Source of the DNA: Eledone cirrhosa
Lineage: Eukaryota
NCBI GenBank assembly: GCA_964016885.1
Contig: OZ024743.1
Span: 274,412,001 to 274,476,000 of the forward strand
Length of the DNA stretch: 64,000 nt
Reading direction: 5' to 3'
The notes below the pieces were generated by a model. The model did no database searches. It was not told the origin of the DNA and worked only from the letters and a program-made list of their open reading frames with translations. Numbering within the stretch: position 1 is the stretch's first letter; every line of letters starts with the position of its first letter. Of this stretch, positions 14,569-28,201 are shown piece by piece. The position numbers were made by a program, and so were the translations under genes.

Positions 14569-14771
14569 GTATTAAGGATACTATTTATGGTTATGTATAT
14601 ACTAAAACCTTTTATAGTTATATATATATTATACCCTAAATAGTGAAAGACAGTAATTTATTACTATCTTAATAACAGTAAGATAAATAGCTCAATGTAA
14701 CAACATCAGTTGTTTTACAGAGCAGTTATATAGAGATTACATGAAACAAAGTTCTGTTTAAATCATTTATC

Positions 14772-14818
14772 TGCTTACAATTGTTTCTTCCAAACCGAGG
14801 TTTGGAGTCTTCGGAGCA
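14772..14818 (-). ncRNA. Minimal hammerhead with U4C core variant
   Basis: TGCT-CCGAAGA-C-TCCAAAC CTCG GTTTGGA-A-GAAA-CAATTG-TA-AGCA. Confidence 0.68.
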
Positions 14819-15169
14819 ATTATTCAGTGATATTTAACATACTTGACCTCCTTTTCAACACAAGAAACATATAGAAACATATGTATATATTGACCCACAG
14901 TGGGTTGACATCCATTATAATAATATAGCATGGTAATTTACATACAAAGATTACAGTCATATTAAAGGACAAAATTAAAGTTAAAATTAAAATTAAAGAT
15001 GATATTTACCAAAAACAAGAACAAGTCAACATCATTGGATACCATCAGGGTTGCAGGTGTTATATCAGAGTTTTCCTTCGCCTAGAATTCTGCCTTGACA
15101 AAGGCTAAGGGGTCATCTCTCCCGATGATTTTGGATGGCCATTGACTCTTAAGAGCTCCTTTCCCTTTT

Positions 15170-16121
<952 letters not shown>

Positions 16122-16403
16122 CTAAAAAGCTTTCTCTGATATTGTATTTATTATATATATATATATATATGGGATATAACAAGTTATCGTTATAGGTAAT
16201 CCAGTTAGAGGTTGTGAGTACACTGCTTCGTTGATAGTTTTAACGTACGGCATTGTTTGACTCAACAAGATGCTGCATAGATTAGCGAACTCTAGACTTA
16301 CCTGATCAACGACACAATTGTCAGTACTTTAAATAAAACCCCTTATTGTACAGCCCTCCATGTTACTTTTCTTCATTCTTTAACTATATACATATATATA
16401 TAT

Positions 16404-16566
<163 letters not shown>

Positions 16567-16996
16567 CAGCGAGAATCGCATTTCGGCGGGTAGGAAAGAC
16601 GAAACGAAACGCAAAAATCAGAGATGACACTGGCAATGTACTCAATAGCTAAAAACCAGAGCTAAACAATGTGTTAAGAAGCCATACAAAACTGAAAAGT
16701 TGGTGAAGAAAGCATTAGCCACCTAAGCCAAAAAGCAAATCAAGCTAAACAGGTCAAAACAAAATAAATGATAAAAAATACATGATAAAACCAGACCTGG
16801 ACCCTCGGAATTGCTGTTAAAATCCATTGCAGGGTTATTATGACACCTAAATCAAAATATTGTCTGCTTAAAAATATAAGCTTTGGGTATAATGATCGAA
16901 CAAGGAATATCATGTTATCAACAGGTAGTTTTGGTCCGTACCATATGTGAGTGACAAGGGGAAATAACCCCAGATCAGATTTTAGCAAAAGAATGC

Positions 16997-17027
<31 letters not shown>

Positions 17028-17069
17028 CTCATTTATATTTTCATTTATATTTTCATTTATATTTTCATT

Positions 17070-17127
<58 letters not shown>

Positions 17128-17257
17128 TACATATATGTATATACACATACATATATATAGATATATATACTCACTCATATATATATACACATATATATAG
17201 ACATATATGTATATATACATATATTTATACATATATATACATATATATACATATATG

Positions 17258-17351
<94 letters not shown>

Positions 17352-17445
17352 GTGTGTATGTATGTATAGTGTGTGTGTGTATGTATGTTCGTTATATATT
17401 TATTTACGTGTGTAAAAGTAATTTTCATTCTTCTATTTTCATCAG

Positions 17446-17514
17446 ATGCGTCCAGATATCAAAAAAGATGTATTCCATATGAACTGGACACCAGATGTTG
17501 TCCCTGCAGATGAG
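17446..17514 (+). CDS. BAIAP3: Coding exon B (MRPDIKKDVFHMNWTPDVVPADE)
   Basis: Acceptor ttctattttcatcag|ATG, donor GAG|gtaatc, 69 nt, phase 0/0. Resembles the BAIAP3-type 'DIxKxVFHxxWSPD' segment. Confidence 0.88.
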
Positions 17515-17615
17515 GTAATCTATACATTAACATTTCTTTAACACTCGCAGCAACTCAACAATGTACTTTAGGTCAGGATTTTGATATACCTTTATATGCT
17601 GCAACAATGTAATAA

Positions 17616-17797
17616 TTGTTTCTACTTTTGGTACAAGGCCAGCAAATACCCAGTGCATTACTGGTACTTTATTTTATCAACCCTGTAAGGATGAAAGGCA
17701 AAGTTAACCTCGGCGGGATTTGAACTCAGAACATAAAGGGCCGTAACTCTTTGCTGCAAAGCATGGCGTCCGACCCTCTACCGATACTGCCAATCCA
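17616..17797 (-). mobile_element. Same SINE family
   Basis: Reverse complement of 5393-5578. Confidence 0.88.
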
Positions 17798-18101
17798 AAT
17801 AATGCCTCGAAGTTTCAGAGCCTTTAGAACGTCGGATAAAATACTTTGTGATATTTGTTTCTAATGTATGCGCTCTGAATTCAAATCCCTCTGAGAGGAA
17901 CTTCGCCTTTCATCGTTTCGAGATCGAAAAACTACTAGATCAATGCTGGTATCAATTATTCTTCTGTACTTCTTTCTCAATTCTTGTGTCGCTCTATTTC
18001 TCTGGAAGACTTTTGTTGTGTTCTGACTTGGAGAGTGATGGACTCTGCCAGTTTTAAATGCCCACGATATGACGTATGTCCCGATGGTACCACTACGACT
18101 C

Positions 18102-18327
18102 TTTAGCAGTATTAGTTGTAGATGTTATCGAGATACGAGTGACATAATAACAGCAGAAATTAGAGATGAAATATACGTTTATTTTTTGATGTAGCACAAA
18201 CAATGGTGTTGTACAGAGGCTGGTTTCTGGCGTGTGATCAGTCGGCTTTCCAGTGGCTGTCTGTCTTTTCTTTCTGGCGTTCTCAACCGGCGTTGTTCTA
18301 TCAAGGAGCGTGAGGCGTCTTACTACA
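18102..18327 (-). repeat. 3' LTR (226 bp)
   Basis: Appears identical by eye to 23375-23600. Minus strand starts TGTAG, ends CTAAA and contains AATAAA. Confidence 0.95.
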
Positions 18328-18554
18328 GTACCTCGAGCCAGATTTTCAAATTATTGAAAATCGATGTCATTACTCACATGTGGAGTAAGATGGCGAACAA
18401 TGCAACAAGAGGGAGCTATCCGCTCTAGCAAAAATTGAATCCAGAATAAGGATTTGAAAAATGTTAAAAAAAAAACGACATGCATGCATAAAAAAAACAA
18501 GGCAAAAGGAATAGCAGAAACACAGAGGCAAAAAAAAGGTGCAGCTAACATAGT

Positions 18555-21175
18555 CTAAATATAGACGGTGCTGCAAAGTTTTTGGGGCCAGTGGACCCTA
18601 CGACCTGAACGGGTCGTGGTCTTGTAACGTGGCGATGGTGGTGGTGTAGGGACAGGCGATGATGGTGGTTCAGGAACAGTCGTTCGCTCAACAGGCAAAT
18701 ACGAAGGGGTTCGTGGATCAGGAACCACAGCGTCCGTGTCAAGGTGCGCCTGCTTAAGCCTGTCTAATGTAACTGTCTCCCGGGACCCCTTAATATCTAA
18801 CGTGAAATGCCTAGCCGAGCGCGCTAAGACACGGTAAGGTCCAGTGTAAGGCTGTGTGAGCGGGGGCTTCACCGTATCATTCCTTACAAAGACATGCGTC
18901 CACGAGGCAATATCCCTCGGGACAGCAGTCTTGACAGTTTGTTTCCTAGTGTCCATTGGCGGCAAATCCTGGAAATAGGAGCGCAAACGGGACACGTAGG
19001 AAGCGTGATCTTGGGCATCAAGATCGATAGGGGCAAGCATTTGCCCGGGCAACGTCAGAGCGGCACCGTACAGTACTTCGGCCGGTGAAAATCCAAAGTC
19101 GACCTTCACCGTTGACCGAATCCCTAGTAGCACAATAGGGAGGTACTCGCTCCAATGCGCCGAGTCCATTGAGGCCATTAAGGAGGCCTTCAGTTGGCGG
19201 TGAAAACGCTCCACCATACCATTCGAAGCGGGATGGTATGCCGTAGTTCTAATGCGTTTAGCACCAATTAATTTTGACAGCTCGAGGAAAAGGATCGACT
19301 CGAACTGTTGTCCACGGTCGGTAGTTATTGTGGATGGAACTCCATAACGAGAGATCCATCCAGACACAAGAGCACGTGCTGTTGTCTCCGCGGTGATGTT
19401 TTTCAAGGGGATGGCCTCAGGCCATCTCGAAAAACGGTCAATGACGGTAAGTAGATAAGAAAAACCATCGCTGACAGGCCAAGGTCCCACTATGTCAATA
19501 TGAATATGCGAAAAACGCGCATCTGGGTTAGCAAAGGTATCCAGGGGAGCCTTCACATGTCGATGGACCTTTGATCTCTGGCAAGCGACGCAGGAACGGC
19601 ACCAAGCAGCAATTTCGCGCCTCATATTTGGCCAGAAAAATCTAGCTGATATGAGCTTTGCTGTGGCAGAAGATCCTGGATGCGAGATACAATGTAATCC
19701 CAGAAACACGGTCCGACGATGATTCTCTGGAACGAAGGGCCTAGGCACGTCCAAAGAGACGTCGCAGAGAATTTGGCCAACTGCAGTCGACAGAGGCAAG
19801 TATTTCATCTCGCAATTCGCAAACTCGGGCGATGTGACATCCAATGACTCAAGGGGAGGCTGATCCGCAGCCAAACGAGTCAGATCTATGTCAGAGGATG
19901 ACGAGATCGCTGTCACGGGTAAGCGGGACAAAGCATCGGCCGCTGTATTTAGTGAACCCGGAATGTGCTGGATATCACTCGTATATTGCGAGATGAAATC
20001 AAGGTGTCTCGTCTCTCTGGGCGAGTATTTATCAGCCTTCGCTCTCAAAGCAAAGGTCAATGGTTTATGGTCAGTGAGGATAGTAAATTGTCTACCCTCT
20101 AGCACATGTGAAAAATGTTTCACGGCCAAATAGATGGCTAAAAGCTCTCTTCCAAAGGTGCTGTAGCGCGTCTCAGCAGGATTTAGCTTTTTGGAAAAAA
20201 ACTCCAGCGGTTGCTGGTGACCATTGATGTTTTGCTGTAGTACTGCGCCCACAGCGATATCCGATGCATCAACACAAAGCGTTAGCTTTGCACCGGGTAC
20301 CGGGTGAGTCAGTAACGAAGCATTAGCCAAAACAGTTTTGGCGTGCTGAAAATCAGCAAGTTGAGTGTCTGTCAAAGAAATATCTTTGTTCTTCCTCTGA
20401 CAATTTTTCAAAATTTCTGTCAGGGAGAAAAGCAATTTTGCACAATTTGGCACGAAACGCCTATAAAAGTTAACCAGACCTAAGAACTGGCGTAACTGAC
20501 GTAGTGAGGTCGGTGGAGGCAAATCCTCTATGACCTTAACTCGCTCAGGCCGGCGTCGAATACCGTCAGCATCGATGACGTGACCCAAGAAAGTCAGTGA
20601 CTCAGCACCAAAAACACATTTGGGTGCATTAAGCTGCACGTTATACGCCTTCAATCGGCGGAAAAGAAGATTCAAATGGTGCGTATGCTGCTCTGGAGAA
20701 GAACTAGCAATGAGCAGATCGTCAATATAGGTATAGACGAAATCGAGGCCGCGAGTAACCTCATCCATAAACCGCTGAAAAGTACTAGCGGCATTCCTTA
20801 ATCCGAACGGCATAGTCAAAAACTCGAAAGACCCAAATGGCGTAACTATAGCCGTTTTTGGAATGTCATTTTTATGGACAGGAATTTGATGGTACGCACG
20901 AATTAAATCCAGTTTGGAGAATATCTTGCATCCCTGCAACGAAGACGCAAAGTCTTGCAGATGAGGGATAGGATAACGGTCCGGTACCGTTATCGAATTC
21001 AGGCGTCGATAATCTCCAGTAGGTCTCCAATCGCCATTCGCTTTCGGTACCATGTGTAATGGGGACGCCCACGGGCTCGTGGACGGACGAATAATCCCCA
21101 TTTGCAGCATATGATCAAACTCTGATCGTGCTGCTTTGAGTTTGTCCGGAGGCAAGCGACGAGGACGAGAGAAAA
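18555..21175 (-). CDS. pol: Pol RT-RNase H-integrase, separated from the protease by an apparent 1-bp deletion
   Basis: [47 protein letters not shown] zinc finger, and [25 protein letters not shown] core in an 866-aa open frame. Confidence 0.95.
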
Positions 21176-21736
21176 GGGAGCACCAGTTGTAGATATGAAG
21201 TGCTCCGTGGTATGAGTAGGTTCATCAAATCGAAAATTCCCCTGTGTCAGTTGCGGGAACGAGTTCAACAACGCATGGAAAGGATCACCGGTTTTAGCAA
21301 GAAAAAATATCGGGCTAACCGTTGGAACTCCTGCTGCCTTGCCAACAACAGTTAATCCCGTGATGCCATCAATTAGGCGTTTACCACGAAGGTCCACCGT
21401 CAATGAAAAATGGTGGAGAAAATCCGCGCCTAGAATCGGATACGGCAAGGCAGCGACAGTAAATATCCATTTAAACTCGCGCCGCAGATTACGAAACTGC
21501 AAAGGTAACGAGATTTGTCCGAAAGTTCGAATCGGCGAGCAATTTACTGCCTGAAACTCAATAGGCGTCTCAGGGGGAGTCTCCTTCATACAACACACAG
21601 GCCATACGGAACAAGCTGCACCTGTGTCAACCAGAAAAGCTCTACCTGACAGCAGGTCCTCAATGAAAAAGTGGCGGTTAGATATTGTTTCGCAGAGCGC
21701 ACTATCCGCCGTTAGTGACTCTGGTCGTCTTTTCCC
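21176..21736 (-). CDS. pol: Pol N-terminal part: aspartic protease (FLVDTGA...ILGADFL), entered by -1 frameshift from gag
   Basis: ORF 20999..21748 overlaps the gag end in the -1 frame. It leaves the RT frame after TTGAP at about 21176. Confidence 0.9.
21673..21736 (-). promoter_or_regulatory. -1 programmed frameshift signal: G_GGA_AAA plus predicted H-type pseudoknot
   Basis: Heptamer at 21730-21736, 6-nt spacer, stem CAGAG-T-CACTA/TAGTG-CG-CTCTG, loop GGCGG complementary to downstream CCGCC. Confidence 0.8.
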
Positions 21737-22488
21737 TCGTAAGTACAAGGAGGCCTACAACGGGCGGCTTTTTTACCATATCTTTCATGGTAATAACAAT
21801 ATGTTGTTCCTGGTGTGTTGGAAGGGCTACGGTGGCGAGAAGTTGAATAACGTCGTGAGCGGCTCCTCTGCCGTCCAAAGGACCTGAATTCCGTGCACAA
21901 CTCCGCCATTTGACGAGTCATGGCTTCCATAGTGGTGATTAATTTGTCATCAGACGCTGATGAGCGTGATTGAGGAAGAGAAGAGGAAGCAACGTACTTT
22001 GGCTTCGAAGTGTCTCTCTTCGTCACCTCTACAATTTTGTCAGCAGAGACAGCAATGTGATCCAGGGTATTCACCTCTAGCATATGGGCTAGGATCGCCT
22101 GTACCTCTTGAGGTAGGTGAGAGAAGAACAATTGCTTCAGGAAAGGGCTATCCTGATCTTGGGAATCGCTCAAATCCCGCAAATGCCGGAGAAAAGCGGT
22201 AGGGGTCCTGTCACCTAATCGTTCGTCCTCGATCAGTGACCGAAAACGACTCTCTACCGACTTACAATTCCTCCTCAAAATCTCGCCCTTCAAAAACTCA
22301 TACGTCAAGTCAGAGGGGGGCTCTGTAATTAGGTCTTGGACCGAATCTGCTAGATTAGGGGGAAGGCCGCTAATCAGTACAGCGAGGCGCTGGTCAGATT
22401 CGGTCTTACAGACCGTAAAATACGCCTGTAACTGGGCAAACCACATCTTAGGTTTTCCAGTAAAGGCGGGCAAATGTGGTACATTCAT
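21712..22488 (-). CDS. gag: Gag, 258 aa, with CHCC zinc knuckle CYYHERYGKKAARCRPPC
   Basis: Open ORF with ATG, LP.F...P..WFAQ N-terminus, LGDRTPTAFLRHLR and RSRSR basic tract. Confidence 0.93.
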   Translation of the reverse strand: MNVPHLPAFTGKPKMWFAQLQAYFTVCKTESDQRLAVLISGLPPNLADSVQDLITEPPSDLTYEFLKGEILRRNCKSVESRFRSLIEDERLGDRTPTAFLRHLRDLSDSQDQDSPFLKQLFFSHLPQEVQAILAHMLEVNTLDHIAVSADKIVEVTKRDTSKPKYVASSSLPQSRSSASDDKLITTMEAMTRQMAELCTEFRSFGRQRSRSRRYSTSRHRSPSNTPGTTYCYYHERYGKKAARCRPPCTYEGKDDQSH

Positions 22489-23360
22489 GTCAACTTTTAA
22501 AATTAAAACAAATATATATACCTATATATCTAAAGAGCAATTAATGTACCCTTGTACAGTAAAAAGAGAACAGCCAATATTGAGAAAAAGTTAAAGGGCA
22601 AAAAGAAACAGACATTCAAAACATAAGGAAATATGCAAAATACATAAAATACAGATATATATCTTTTAAAAAAAAAATTTTCCTTCAACGTCTGTCCCCT
22701 CGCGTTGCCTCAACAAACCAGCCAAATCAAATAAGGTAAAAAAGAGGAAGAAAAAAATGTTTTTTTTTTTTAAATATATCCGCGTTGGATATCAACAAAG
22801 GTAGCCAGTGGCTAAAAATCCCTTAGAAAAAGGTAAGGCATGTATATCCCCATGCGGGCAGTTATGTTCACAAAAAAAAGTTTAGTCTCTTCTCTCTTGA
22901 TCAGTCATGGAACACACACGCAATTCAAAATATGTGTCCGTTACAAAACTGGGAAGGAACGCAACGCCACCTTGGAAAAATACACTTTTTTCTTTTTTCT
23001 TCTGTAAGTTGCGAAAAAGTTGGCAACGGAAATGAAATATTCAAGTGAATAAAAAAAAGTTGCTCTAAATTATCGACACGAATGAATCGTTTTGATATTT
23101 CCGATGTGTGGTGGTTTGCGTCGGTAAGGCTATGAAGCTGCCACTCACTATTCCCTGTTTTGGTCAGTGGTTAAACAATGTTGTCGCTGCTGCTGCTGTC
23201 GTTGTTGTTGTCGAGTGTAGCAAAAATTTTTGTGAAATACTACTAACTTCTCGATAATTTTAAAAGGAATATTTTTTATTTTCACAAGTTGCGAAAAAAA
23301 GGCCGACAATGTGGCAATAAAAGTTCAATTGATGAAAAAGAAAGGCTGCGTTAAATTCTT

Positions 23361-23373
23361 ACGTCGGTCACCA
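23361..23373 (-). promoter_or_regulatory. Primer-binding site, tRNA-Trp type (TGGTGACCGACGT)
   Basis: Matches the complement of the tRNA-Trp 3' end (TGGTGACCCCGACGT) except for two missing C. Confidence 0.8.
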
Positions 23374-23374
23374 C

Positions 23375-23600
23375 TTTAGCAGTATTAGTTGTAGATGTTA
23401 TCGAGATACGAGTGACATAATAACAGCAGAAATTAGAGATGAAATATACGTTTATTTTTTGATGTAGCACAAACAATGGTGTTGTACAGAGGCTGGTTTC
23501 TGGCGTGTGATCAGTCGGCTTTCCAGTGGCTGTCTGTCTTTTCTTTCTGGCGTTCTCAACCGGCGTTGTTCTATCAAGGAGCGTGAGGCGTCTTACTACA
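23375..23600 (-). repeat. 5' LTR (226 bp)
   Basis: Direct repeat of 18102-18327, followed on the minus strand by 1 nt and the PBS. Confidence 0.95.
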
Positions 23601-25658
23601 ACTCCATCAGAAATTATGAGCTCATGAGATTGATGGATAATACAGTAAAGACATTTAATGTTTAACAGTAGCTTCAACTACTTAGTTTTTAGATTTTTAT
23701 GGATTTCATTCCTTTTTTCCTTTTAATTCCAATATATCGATCGGTCTTTTTAATTACACAAAACATATTTCTGAATTATTTCTCCTATGTCATGCTTTAA
23801 TCAAGATACCAATGACTGTGTTATTTTGATAATATATAACGTCAAAACAATCAACTGATCTAGGCTACGAAATCTACATGCAATAGACTTTAATATCGAA
23901 GGTGCTTTGATACTCTACGGCTCTACGCCAAGCTTGATTTCATGAGAATACGTAGACACTTCTAGGGTGGTTTCAAAGCTACTTAATGGAAGGGAATTTT
24001 CAAGTAGCAGTTTTGAAAGTTACAGTCTAATACACCACTCATCAATGTATCAATGTCAGAATATTCAATGCTTGGGTGACTTCTGTTTTCAGTATTAGAT
24101 GACCTGGTCAGATTCTGTGAAAATCAACTCTGTTATAATGTTGCACCAGTAAGAGCAGCAGTAGGAATCAATTTGGCAAGAGTTGGCTTAAATGGAGCCT
24201 TTTCCAAGATGAAAGACCGGAAAAATAATTGGAAAATTGCATTTGAAACATCAAAATGTAAATCAATGTTTCTATCAAGGAAAAGCAGCCTATGAAGCAG
24301 TGGATTGTGCGTTGGGGATTTCAGGCTGCCTATGAAAACAAGTCTGGAATTCTGGGTATAACCAGAAAACAGGATAGTGTTGGCAGAGTATATTGCCTCT
24401 ATATGAAATAGAGTTTCACAGAGGTTGGTATGTTACAAAATTTGAAAGAATGCTCGCCAAGAAAGGGCCAGTCACTGTTTACAAAGATCAAATCCTAAAC
24501 ATTTCTGGAGTGTATCTCTGTCTACTCGATGAATGCTTCATAAAACATTTTCAAGCAACTCTCTGTTGTCCAGGTCATTATAGAATTATTGTAGCCGGGA
24601 GAGCTTATGCTACAAACAAAAGCTATCACCAGCTTGCGGAATATGAGACAGGTATTGTAGTTCTACAAACCTCATACAGACTACAAATTATCAGAACCCA
24701 GAGCAATGCTACCACCACAGTATGGAAGTTTTTGACTTACAAAGGCCCGTGTATTCATTCATGTCAACAACGTCTCAACACTTGTTGCCAAGATTCATAC
24801 TCTCTGGCTTTCTGCATTCATCATGTGTAAATATACCTTAACTTGTATTTGTATATTCTATATTGTAATAATAGACATAGTTTGGCTGAATCAGTGGGAA
24901 AACGAAGCAAATAGTTAGTGATATTTAATTTCAGCCTTTTATATTTTGAGTTCAAATCTCATTGAGATAACTCCACCTTTCCTGATATTTGAATGCAGAG
25001 AGCTGCTATCTAGTGTATGGGTTCGGCATCGAGTGGCGCTTAACCATGCATAGGCATGAATGCAGAAGCCTTTGTAAAACAGGAGAATGTTGTTATTTTA
25101 GGGATATTTGGTTATTACTTGTAGCAGATATAGCGACTACATACATCCTTCTTTGTTGCATCCGGTATGTCCAAAGAAAAGCTGTCTTTTTAGTGCTTCA
25201 GAATCCAAATAGGTTTATGTGTTTTTATAATCTTTGAGAAAATGTAAAGGAAGTGGACTTCTACCTATATTATACGTCGTTCATTGTTCAATGTTATTTA
25301 ATATTTCCTTCTAATATGATAAATATATTCTGCATTGATATTGTCCTTTTCTCTTTTCATCATTATCCACATCGTCATTACTCCTATCATAATTATCAAC
25401 ATCATTATCCCAATATAATTATCCACATCATCATTACTTCTATCATAATTATCAACATCATTATCCCAATATAATTATCAACATCAACATCACCATCCCA
25501 TAATAAACAATATCAACACCATGAGGATCACCAACACTATCACCACCATCACTGTCATGTCACCCCCATCACAATCATAACCATGAATAACACCACCACG
25601 ATTATCACAGTCACCATTTCCACCACCGTCATTATCACCAGCATTGCCATTATTATCA

Positions 25659-25836
25659 TTGGCAGTATCAGTAGGGTGTCAGACACCATGCTTTACAGCA
25701 TAGAGTTATATCCCTTTACGTTCTGAGTTCAAATCCTGCCGAGGTTAACTTTGCCTTTCACCCTTATGGGGTCGATAAAATAAAGTACCAGTAATGCACT
25801 GGGTAATTGCTGGCCTTGTGCCAAAAGTAGAAATAA
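25659..25836 (+). mobile_element. Same SINE family
   Basis: Similar to 5393-5578. Confidence 0.88.
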
Positions 25837-25964
25837 TTATCAACATCCATATCAACATTATCAACAAGCAAGTGAACAGATATGTGTCTACTAATATTAG
25901 CAGGAGAGTCCAGTAAGGTACGGCAATTTTAATACGCTAACATATTGTGATTTGTTTACTGCAG

Positions 25965-26111
25965 GCAATTGTGGATTTGATGGAATACCTTGACAAGAAC
26001 CTTGTTACTCTCAACCAAAACCTGGTCAGTGCAAATTTTAACCGCATTTTGCACTCCATTTGGGTTGAAGTCCTCGAGGAGTTCAATGATGTCATGATCA
26101 CAGAAGATATG
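25965..26111 (+). CDS. BAIAP3: Coding exon C, start of MHD2 ([49 protein letters not shown])
   Basis: Acceptor tttgtttactgcag|GCA, donor ATG|gtaagt, 147 nt, phase 0/0. LMxYLDxNLxxL...NFxRIL..IW is the MHD2 signature. Confidence 0.92.
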
Positions 26112-26197
26112 GTAAGTTTTACTCTGTATATGTTTATCTCTTTCTGTATATATATATCGCAGGAAAACCTTATGCTAGTCAGGTCAACTTATTATAT

Positions 26198-26255
<58 letters not shown>

Positions 26256-26327
26256 GTATACAAAACACACGCACGCACAAAGACATACATAAATACACAT
26301 ATATATATATGTTTGTGGTGGGGTGCG

Positions 26328-26390
<63 letters not shown>

Positions 26391-27559
26391 CTGTTGTTAA
26401 AGTTTGCTGTCCTTTAGTTTCATCACCGATGGCAATCATCAAATGTGTATCTCGATTGAAACAGACCTCAGTTGATACGCCATCGGCTACTGTCCTTAGC
26501 GCCATGACACTTGAATAACTGGATAAATAGTCAGCATATGATCAACATAACAATAATTAAAGAAAGGAATTTATTTTATTTTACAAAGCTGTTTATACAA
26601 AATCTAAAGACACTATTAAACGGAACAAAAAGAGGAAATGCAAAGAAAACAAACAAAAAGGGAATCAAGTAAAGAAAGAAAGGAACCGGGTGAAGGATAG
26701 ACACTACACCCCGGTCCGAGCGATGTCTCTCACACGTACGGGGTCGATAAAATAAAGTACCAGTCACGCACTGTGGTCGAGGTAATCGACTTTTTCCTCC
26801 CCCATAATTGCTGGCCTTATGCCTAAATCAGAAACCAATATGGTTTAAATGAGTAGAAAGGAAGCTATTAAAGTACACACATGTTCAATTATCACTTTCC
26901 AAACAAAGTTGTCACAAAGCGGTTATTACGCGATCTTGAATTTTATAATATTGATAACGAATTGGTTAAACAACGGTTTCATACAAACTTTCTCAGTAGC
27001 TGTACTATGGTAGAACAGGATTTCAAAGTTTGATAGTTCCTGAACTACAGGAATTTTATCATCACACTCTTCGATGTTTGGCCAAATATACCTGGACTGA
27101 AAAATTTTTCGTGTAAGCCATTGTTTTTGCTCTTATTGTTGATCATGATATTTTGTTGTTCAAACCTTCACCTAACTCAGCTCTGATCAATACCAACCCA
27201 GTGGTGATCATCCTGTGTTATTTCCATACATAGTGTATCGAAAGGTACAGTATCCAAAGTGTGCTTTCTATTTTCAAGATAGTAGGGTGTAATTTAAGAG
27301 AGAAATGTCTGCTATTTCTAGCATATGTAGTGAGCATCTAGAGGTTACTTTATTATGTTGTATTCAGAAGTATTTTAGGTCAGTCGTCTTTAATGCTTCA
27401 GAATCCAATTATATGTATTTTTATGAAATTGAGCTTCATAAATATACGTAAAAAACTTTACTGTTACATTTTTCAATTTCTGAATAAATACACTTTTTTT
27501 TTCAAAGTAATATACTGATTTACAAAGTTACGCTAAATCACAGTCCAGTAAAGTATTGC

Positions 27560-28010
27560 TATGAGTTCTTCTAAACAGTCGTATGTGGGAGCCAGAAATA
27601 CTTGCAGAAGAACAAGCAGGATTCAAGCCCAAAAGAAATACATCGGAGCAGATATTAACATCAAACTGATAACCGAGAAACATCTACAGCACCAAATTAA
27701 CCTCTACCATAACTCAATAGATTTCAAAATTCTTTGGCTGCATGTGGCATGATAGTTAAGGAGACGAAGGATTACAACGATGACAGCAATCTTACCTAAG
27801 TAATCTGAGCACTATGTGAAAATACAAACAGTGCATTTTTCCCGAATTATTCAGTGTGAGTTTGACAAAGATGTCTTCTCTCTCAAGTGCTTTTCAACAA
27901 CTTCCTGGAGAAGATGCTGCAAGAGACACTCAAAGACTTCCAAACTTCTCTCATTGGAAGACGGCCCATTTCCAACTTGTGCTTGGCTGATGATGTTGGC
28001 CTGTTAGGAA
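27560..28010 (+). mobile_element. Old LINE RT relic
   Basis: EILAEEQAGF, LYHNSIDFK and GRPISNL remnants across frames. Confidence 0.6.
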
Positions 28011-28056
28011 GAAGTGAATCATAATTCCAAGTGCACAAGTGTGTATATACATATAT

Positions 28057-28129
<73 letters not shown>

Positions 28130-28160
28130 TATGGGGGGGGGTGATTTGTGTGTGTGTGTA

Positions 28161-28200
<40 letters not shown>

Positions 28201-28201
<1 letters not shown>

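Larger units (their letters stand above)
18102..23600 (-). mobile_element. Full-length Ty3/Gypsy LTR retrotransposon, CsRn1/Kabuki/Boudicca-type, 5499 bp
   Basis: Two 226-bp LTRs, 4-bp TSD ACTC (18098-18101 and 23601-23604), tRNA-Trp-like PBS, gag with C-X2-H-X9-C-X3-C, pol order PR-RT-RH-INT. Confidence 0.96.

Noticed and set aside
18351-18551. Hydrophobic 66-aa ORF after pol as env-like gene
   Set aside because: Too short and explained by poly-T runs in the 3' UTR.
24020-24830. 145-aa ORF 24393..24830 as a host gene
   Set aside because: No splice context or recognisable domain. The region looks like a very old LINE RT relic, too decayed to call.
25360-25655. His/Ile-rich ORFs here and at 42180-42510
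   Set aside because: Degenerate (ATC/ACC)n trinucleotide repeats.
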